Source: an uncultured delta proteobacterium (GTDB lineage Bacteria; Myxococcota; Myxococcia; Myxococcales; Anaeromyxobacteraceae). Taken from it: 64,000 nucleotides of DNA. The stretch is taken from contig CAVYBH010000012.1 in the NCBI GenBank assembly GCA_963766715.1, forward strand, positions 480,001 to 544,000, given 5' to 3'. The position numbers and the translations under genes are program-made. This document shows, piece after piece, positions 56,331 through 64,000 of the stretch. The stretch's first letter is position 1; each line of letters opens with the position of its first letter. The notes beneath the pieces are model-generated. The model searched no databases and had not been told where the DNA came from. It worked only from the letters and a program-made list of their open reading frames with translations.

Positions 56331-56376
56331 GGCATTTCAACCCCCGTGAACCTCGCAGCCGTCGACGGTGTCCCGC

Positions 56377-56392
56377 CGTGACGGGTGTCACA
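56377..56392. promoter_or_regulatory. CRP-like palindrome
   Basis: CGTGA-N6-TCACA in a divergent intergenic gap. Confidence 0.4.
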
Positions 56393-56455
56393 TGTAGGTG
56401 GGACCAGTACAGTGTAGGCAGAAAGGGCTAGACTTCGTGGCGGGGGGTACCAGCC

Positions 56456-57294
56456 ATGGAGAACCGGCCGGCACGGAGGTCTTCGCTCGCGTTCGTGTTG
56501 CTGCTCGCGTCGAGTTGCGCCGCGACGCCTCATCCGCTCGGTTCGGCCGATGCGGGAGACGCCGACCCGGGCGCGCAGGGCACGCCCAGCACGTCGGTTC
56601 CAGGGACCGGGTCCATCTCCCCGGAAAGGACGAAGGCAGAGGCCGTTGCTGCCGGAAGGGGCGACCGGCCACCGCGCAGGCGGTTCCCGGGGCGACCTTC
56701 CTCCGGGCCCACGTCGCGAACCGCATGCAGCGCTTCGGCGACCACGACAGTGACGAGGTGGCCGAGGCGATCCTCGCCGCGTCGCGCCGCGCGGAGATCG
56801 ACCCGCTCCTGATCCTCGCCATCATCGAGGTGGAGTCGGCGTTCGACCCGGGCGCCCGATCCAGCCGGAACGCGCTCGGCCTCATGCAGGTGCGGCCGGC
56901 CACCTTCTGGCGCGAGGTCGAGCGATCCGGACTGGAGGGAGACGACCCCCACGACCCCGAGCTCAACGTGGCCGCGGGCGCGCTCTACTTCCAGCGCCTG
57001 GTCCGCGCGTTCGGCCCGAACGACGTGGCGCTCATGGCCTACAACGCCGGGCCCAACCGCATCCTGGCGCTGATCCGGGCGGGCCAGATTCCCGATCACC
57101 TCCTCGAGTATCCGCGGCGCGTGCGCGCCGTGGAGGCCCGGCTGCGGCGTGCCCTGGCGGTCGACTCCGCCGGGACCGCCGTGGCCCGGAACGACTTCGG
57201 CCCGGACGAGCCCCTCGTCGAGCGCGCAGGCGCCGGCCGTTCCGACGGGGTCAGGGAGCCCGGCCCCGTGCCCGGGGGGAGAGATGGCCCGTAA
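56456..57294 (+). CDS. SLT-domain lytic transglycosylase, probable lipoprotein (frameshift near 56660)
   Basis: LLLASS-C; DPLLILAIIEVESAFDP..SSRNALGLMQV, ALMAYNAG. Confidence 0.88.
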
Positions 57295-57420
57295 CCCCAC
57301 GACCTGGCACAGGATTCTCGAAAGGTTGCGGGGGCCGGCCCCCGTCCCTCCCTCCCTCCAATCTCCTGGGTCGCCAGGGGGGAGCCTTCCCTACATGAGT
57401 CGCCTATGCTTCCGGCCCGA

Positions 57421-58413
57421 ATGGCCGAAGCGCCTCAACTCAGGCTGGTTCCCGCCGTCGCCGACCCGGCGACGCCCAGGCGATCGGCGGCTCCGCGCCG
57501 GGCGGCGCGCCCTGGCCGGATCGTGGCGGTCGGGGGCGGGAAGGGGGGAGTCGGCAAGAGCCTGGTCGCGGCGAGCATGGGAATCGAGCTCGCGCGTCGA
57601 GGGAGCCGCGTGGTCCTCGTCGATTGCGACCTGGGCGGAGCGAACCTCCACACCTGCCTGGGCATGGAGCCGCCGGCGCGCACGCTCTCCGACTTCGTCA
57701 ACCACGGCGTCGATCGGATCGAGGACGTCCTCGTGCGGACGCCGATCCCCAACCTGTCGCTGCTGTCCGGCGCGCTCGATCCGCTCGACGCCGCCAACCC
57801 CAGCCACGGGCAGAAGATGCGCTTCATCCGGCAGCTCCAGTCCATGGAGGCGGACTTCGCCATCCTCGACCTGGCGGCCGGCACCCACAAGAACACCCTC
57901 GATTTCTTCCTGCTCGCCGACCACAAGGTCCTGGTGCTCGTGCCGGAGCCCGGCGCGGTGGAGAACGCGCATCGGTTCGTGAAGGCCGCCTTCTGGCGGC
58001 GCCTGCGGGCGGCGTCGGCGATCTTCGGGGTCGCCCACCTCCTCGAGGAGCTCCTCGCAGGCAGCCGGTTTCGCGGCCCCGCCGACGTGCTCGATGCGCT
58101 CCAGGGGGCCGACGCCGAGACGGCCCGCCAGCTCCGGGAGCAGATGGAGGCGTTCCGCCCCGGCCTGGTGGTGAACCAGGTCCGGACGCCCGAGGAGGCG
58201 GAGCTCGGGCCGGGGATCGCCGCGGCGTGGCGGCGCCACTTCGGCATCGAGATGGATCACCTCGGTGCCGTCGAGTACGACGACGACGTGTGGCGCGCGG
58301 CGCGGGAGCGGCGGCCGCTCCTGCTGGCGCGCTCCCCGGGTCGGGCTGCGCGGTCGCTCATGCGAATCGCCGCACGCATCCGGGACGTCGACGGCGGAAG
58401 GGCGGAGCCTTGA
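57421..58413 (+). CDS. MinD/FlhG/ParA-family ATPase
   Basis: GGGKGGVGKS deviant Walker A, VDCDLGGANLH, ILDLAAG, LVVNQ. Confidence 0.92.
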   Translation: MAEAPQLRLVPAVADPATPRRSAAPRRAARPGRIVAVGGGKGGVGKSLVAASMGIELARRGSRVVLVDCDLGGANLHTCLGMEPPARTLSDFVNHGVDRIEDVLVRTPIPNLSLLSGALDPLDAANPSHGQKMRFIRQLQSMEADFAILDLAAGTHKNTLDFFLLADHKVLVLVPEPGAVENAHRFVKAAFWRRLRAASAIFGVAHLLEELLAGSRFRGPADVLDALQGADAETARQLREQMEAFRPGLVVNQVRTPEEAELGPGIAAAWRRHFGIEMDHLGAVEYDDDVWRAARERRPLLLARSPGRAARSLMRIAARIRDVDGGRAEP

Positions 58414-59033
58414 GGGCGCTCTCCGAGCAATCGCTCTACGAGGTCCTGGAGATCCCGCGGTCGGCCACGCCGCAGGAGGTCCAGCGCGCCTACGAGCGTG
58501 CCCGAGCGCTCTTCGGTCCCGGGTCCCTGGCTTCGTACACGCTGCTCGCTCCGGACGAGGCGGAGGCGCTGCTCTCGCGGATCGAGGAGGCCCGGTCGGT
58601 GCTCCTCGATCGGGAGGCGCGGGCCACCTACGACGATGGCCTCCCCGGTGGAGGGGCATCGAGAGCCCGGACCTCGCCTCGCGGCCGAGGAGGCGAGGAG
58701 CCCCACCGCTCCCGTCGGCGTCGCGGCCCCGGCTCCGGCCGCTTCCGGGTCGACTTCCTCCTTCCCGCGGGGGCGCCGTGGACCGGCGACCTGCTCCGGC
58801 GGGCCCGCGAGGCGAAGGGCCTGACGGTCCTGCAGGTGTCCGAGAGGACGAAGATCCAGCGGTCCCACATCGAGAGCGTCGAGGCGGAGCGCTTCGAGCA
58901 ACTGCCGCCGCCGGTCTACCTGCGCGGAATCGTCCATTCCATCGCCACCACGCTTCGCCTGGACGACCAGGCGGTGGTGCGCACCTACATGGAACGCGCG
59001 GCGGGTGCGAAGGCGGCGGCGAAGGAGCGGTGA
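58410..59033 (+). CDS. J-domain-like plus HTH_25 protein, copy 2
   Basis: TTGA overlap with the ATPase stop; EQSLYEVLE..GPGSLASYTLL..WTGDLLRRAREAKGL..ERFEQLPPPVYLRG. Confidence 0.82.
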   Translation: MRALSEQSLYEVLEIPRSATPQEVQRAYERARALFGPGSLASYTLLAPDEAEALLSRIEEARSVLLDREARATYDDGLPGGGASRARTSPRGRGGEEPHRSRRRRGPGSGRFRVDFLLPAGAPWTGDLLRRAREAKGLTVLQVSERTKIQRSHIESVEAERFEQLPPPVYLRGIVHSIATTLRLDDQAVVRTYMERAAGAKAAAKER

Positions 59034-59141
59034 TCGCCGGCAGTTCGCCGGCAGCTCGCCGGCAACGCGTCGCGTCATGCGGGTCGACCCTGGATAGTCA
59101 CCAGGTGAGGCAGCTCGCCGGCAACGCGCCGCGTCAGCGGG
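59034..59141. repeat. Tandem 11-mers plus ~33-bp direct repeat
   Basis: TCGCCGGCAGT/TCGCCGGCAGC/TCGCCGGCAAC (59034-59066); GGCAGCTCGCCGGCAACGCGYCGCGTCA at 59050 and 59109. Confidence 0.8.
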
Positions 59142-59246
59142 CCGGCCCTCGATCCGGTCGCCGGGCGTCGCCCCCTTCTCTTTTCCTGCTTCGTGCGATA
59201 CCCACGAATCTCCCGCTAGGTTCGAATCGATCTGGAGGACGTCGCC

Positions 59247-61020
<1,774 letters not shown>

Positions 61021-61769
61021 TTGGGCGGGCACTGGTCCGACGACTACTACGGCGACCTCTACTACGAGTCGGTGGCCGACCTCCTGACGGCGCGCCTCTC
61101 CTCCTTCGAGGCGGCCCTGCTCCGGCGCCTCCTCGAGGTGGGGCCCGGGCGACCGCGTCCTGGATCTGGCCTGTGGCCACGGGCGTCACGCCCGGGCCGT
61201 CTCCCCGGAGGTGGGGCTGCTCGTCGGCATCGACCGGAACCCGGAGTACCTCGCCCGGGCACGCCACTCGGGCGCTGCGCTCGTGCGCGGCGACCTGCGC
61301 AGCCTGCCGTTCCGGCCGGGCTCCTTCGACGCGGTCTACTCCTGGTATTCCTCCCTCTTCATGTACGACGACGAGGAGAACGAACGGTGCCTGGCCAGCG
61401 CCGCGGCGCTTCTCCGGCCGGGTGGCCGATTGCTCGTGCACCACGACAACCCGGGCCGGCTGAAGGGGCAGCTCACCGCGCGAGGCGGAGTGGGACCTGC
61501 CTCGGGGGGGGAGGGTGGAGGAGGAATCCCGCTTCGACCCCGCCACCGGGCGCGACACCTGTACGCGCCGCGTCATCCGATCCGACGGGACGGTGTTGGC
61601 GGGCGTGGCCCATTTGCGGTACTACAGCCCAGAGGAGTGGCACGCGCTGGCGGCCCGTTGCGGTCTCGAGCTCGTGCGCATCACCAGTACCTGGCAGGCG
61701 GACCGACCGGCGGAACGCCTCGACGAAGACGCTCCGGATCTGATCGCCCTCGGGAGAAGGTCAGCATGA
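61021..61769 (+). CDS. Class I SAM-dependent methyltransferase (frameshifted)
   Basis: [34 protein letters not shown]. Confidence 0.82.
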
Positions 61770-62188
61770 GCCAGAAGAACGAGCGAACCCTCCGCATCCT
61801 GGTGGCCAAGCCCGGCCTCGACGGTCACGATCGCGGCGCCAAGATCGTGGCCCGCGCCCTTCGCGACGCGGGCTTCGAGGTCATCTACACCGGCCTCCAC
61901 CAGACCCCCGAGATGATCGCAGCCGCGGCCGTCCAGGAGGACGTGGACGGCGTGGGACTCTCAATCATGTCGGGCGCGCACCTCACGCTCTTCCCGGCCG
62001 TGGTCGAGGCCCTGCGAGAGCGCGGCTGCACCGACGTCACGGTCTTCGGGGGCGGCATCATTCCCCAGGAGGACATCCCCAAGCTGAAGGACGCCGGGGT
62101 GTCGCAGGTCTTCCTCCCGGGGACGACGACGCAGTCCATCGTCGACTGGATTCGCGGGAACGTTCAGCCTCGCGCCGAGGTTGCCTAG
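61766..62188 (+). CDS. icmB: Cobalamin-binding small subunit of acyl-CoA mutase
   Basis: [28 protein letters not shown]. Confidence 0.85.
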   Translation: MSQKNERTLRILVAKPGLDGHDRGAKIVARALRDAGFEVIYTGLHQTPEMIAAAAVQEDVDGVGLSIMSGAHLTLFPAVVEALRERGCTDVTVFGGGIIPQEDIPKLKDAGVSQVFLPGTTTQSIVDWIRGNVQPRAEVA

Positions 62189-62206
62189 CCGAGACACCAG
62201 GGCGCC

Positions 62207-63160
62207 ATGGCGACCCGCATCACCGTCTACGAGGTGGGCCCGCGCGACGGGCTCCAGAACGAGGCGCGCGTCGTCCCCACGGACGGCAAGCTCGCGCTCG
62301 TGGCCTCGCTCGTCGAGGCCGGCATCTCGCGGATCGAGGCCACGAGCTTCGTGTCCCCGAGGTGGATCCCGGCGCTCGCCGACTCGTCCGAGCTGGTGGA
62401 GCGGCTCCCGCCGCGCGCCGGCGTCCAGTACGTGGCGCTGGTCCCGAACGGGAAGGGGCTCGAGCGCCTGCTCGAGGCCCGCGGCAGGGCGTCGCCGCCG
62501 GCGCAGGTCGACGCGGCCGTCTTCCTCTCCGCGTCGGAGACCCACAACCGCAAGAACATCAACAAGGGGATCGAGGAGACCTTTCGCGCCTTCGACGAGG
62601 TCATCGGCCCCGCGCTCTCGGCGGGCCTGCGCGTTCGCGGGTACGTCTCCACGGCCTGGGGCTGCCCGTACGAGGGCAAGGTGGATCCGCGGCGGGTGGC
62701 CGACATCGCCGAGCGGCTGCTCGGGCTGGGCTGCTGGCAGGTCTCCCTGGGCGACACGATTGGCGTCGGCACCCCCAACCAGACCCGCGAGCTCGTGGGG
62801 CTGCTGTCGCAGCGGGCGCGTCCGGGCTCCATCGCCCTCCACATGCACGACACGCGGGGCACGGCGCTCGCGAACGTGCTCGCCGGGCTCGACGCGGGCA
62901 TCACCACCTTCGATGCCTCGGTCGGTGGCCTGGGCGGGTGTCCCTACGCGCCAGGCGCCTCGGGCAACCTGGCCACCGAGGATCTCGTCTACATGCTCCA
63001 CGGCATGGGATACGAGACCGGCATCGACCTGACGCGGCTCGTCGCCGCAGGGGAGCTGGCCCAGCGCCTGGTGGGGCGACCGCTGCCGGGCAAGACGCTC
63101 CAGGCCGAGGTCGCCACCCGGGCGCGCGCCGCGGAGCGCGCGGCGGAAGGGAAGGCATGA
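62207..63160 (+). CDS. Hydroxymethylglutaryl-CoA lyase
   Basis: [46 protein letters not shown]. Confidence 0.96.
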   Translation: MATRITVYEVGPRDGLQNEARVVPTDGKLALVASLVEAGISRIEATSFVSPRWIPALADSSELVERLPPRAGVQYVALVPNGKGLERLLEARGRASPPAQVDAAVFLSASETHNRKNINKGIEETFRAFDEVIGPALSAGLRVRGYVSTAWGCPYEGKVDPRRVADIAERLLGLGCWQVSLGDTIGVGTPNQTRELVGLLSQRARPGSIALHMHDTRGTALANVLAGLDAGITTFDASVGGLGGCPYAPGASGNLATEDLVYMLHGMGYETGIDLTRLVAAGELAQRLVGRPLPGKTLQAEVATRARAAERAAEGKA

Positions 63161-63940
63161 GCGACCGGGAATGGGTGATCGAGCGGCTCGAGGGGATCGA
63201 GCTCTGGACCATCGACGGCGAGGCCCGGCGCAACGCCCTCTCTCGCGCCATGGTCCGCGAGCTCCTGGAGCATCTCGCCCGCATCCGGGACGACCGCTCC
63301 CTGCGCTGCGTGATCCTCACCGGCCGGGGGACGAAGGCCTTCTGTGCAGGCGCCGACCTCAAGGAGCGGGTGTCCATGTCGGCCGAGGACGTGCACCACT
63401 TCCACGAGTCGCTTCGCTCGGCGTTCCGGGGCATCGAGTCGGCGCCGCAGGCCTTCGTGGCGGCGCTGAACGGCGCGGCGCTCGGCGGCGGGCTCGAGAT
63501 GGCGCTCGCCTGCGACCTGCGCGTGGCGGCCGAGGGCGTCGAGATGGGGCTGCCCGAGGTCGGGCTGGGAATCATCCCCGGGGGCGGGGGAACGGTGCGA
63601 TTGCCGCGCGCCATCGGGGTGGCCCGGGCCAAGGACCTCATCCTCACCGGAAGGCGCGTGGGGGCGGCGGAGGCGCTCGGCCATGGGGCTCGTCTCCCGC
63701 GTGGCGCCGCCCGGCGCGCTGCGCGAGGTCGCGATCGAGACGGCCGGACTGGTGGCCCGGAACGCGCCCGTGTCCATCCGGCAGGCCAAGCGCGCCATCG
63801 ACGGCGCGCTGCATCTCGACCTCGACGAGGCCCTGGCGTTCGAGAACCGGATGTACCAGGACTGTCTCGGGACGCGCGATCGGGTGGAGGCGCTTCGCGC
63901 CTTCGCCGAGAAGCGGAAGCCCATCTTCACCGGAGAATGA
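63157..63940 (+). CDS. liuC: Enoyl-CoA hydratase, methylglutaconyl-CoA hydratase (LiuC)-like (frameshift near 63680)
   Basis: [42 protein letters not shown]; adjacent to HMG-CoA lyase. Confidence 0.8.
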
Positions 63941-63966
63941 CGGGCCCGCATCGGATCCCCTCGACC

Positions 63967-64000
63967 ATGGACTTCCAGCTCGACGACGCGCACAGGCAGA
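63967..64000 (+). CDS. Start of a probable acyl-CoA dehydrogenase (truncated by the window)
   Basis: [11 protein letters not shown] is a typical ACAD N-terminus; operon context. Confidence 0.5.
   Translation, partial: MDFQLDDAHRQ

Noticed and set aside
59050..59141. Mini CRISPR array
   Set aside because: Only two units, internally repetitive, and no cas genes in the window

Overview
Very GC-rich bacterial chromosomal window. Gene content and order look like Anaeromyxobacter/Myxococcota (inference). Many conserved genes carry single-base frameshifts, which most likely reflect long-read assembly indels, so several ORF-track proteins are chimeric and many ends below are reconstructed across frames. 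The backbone carries YraN, rsmI, a sigma-54 two-component system, an SLT-HNH-J/HTH-RluD cluster, speA, an MscS plus two-CPA operon, a molybdopterin oxidoreductase, an OmpA fusion, a CheBR-PAS fusion, a 5'-nucleotidase, M16 peptidases, NatAB, MlaEFD, a MacAB-TolC-type exporter, TlpA/YacG/2-hydroxyacid dehydrogenase, tRNA-Met, and an acyl-CoA mutase/HMG-CoA lyase/LiuC operon. Four items stand out. (1) A ~6.5 kb lipoprotein-rich accessory region abuts the 3' end of tRNA-Sec; it holds two related modules sharing a 71-bp promoter/leader and a small unannotated 'NEPWIPD' lipoprotein. (2) A PhnD-like plus TatT/TPR-like gene pair resembles the BstB/BstC lipid carriers. (3) The B12 mutase has isobutyryl-CoA-mutase specificity residues and sits inside a leucine/isovalerate operon. 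(4) A duplicated HPD-less J-domain/HTH gene, one copy coupled to a MinD/FlhG ATPase and followed by phased DNA repeats.
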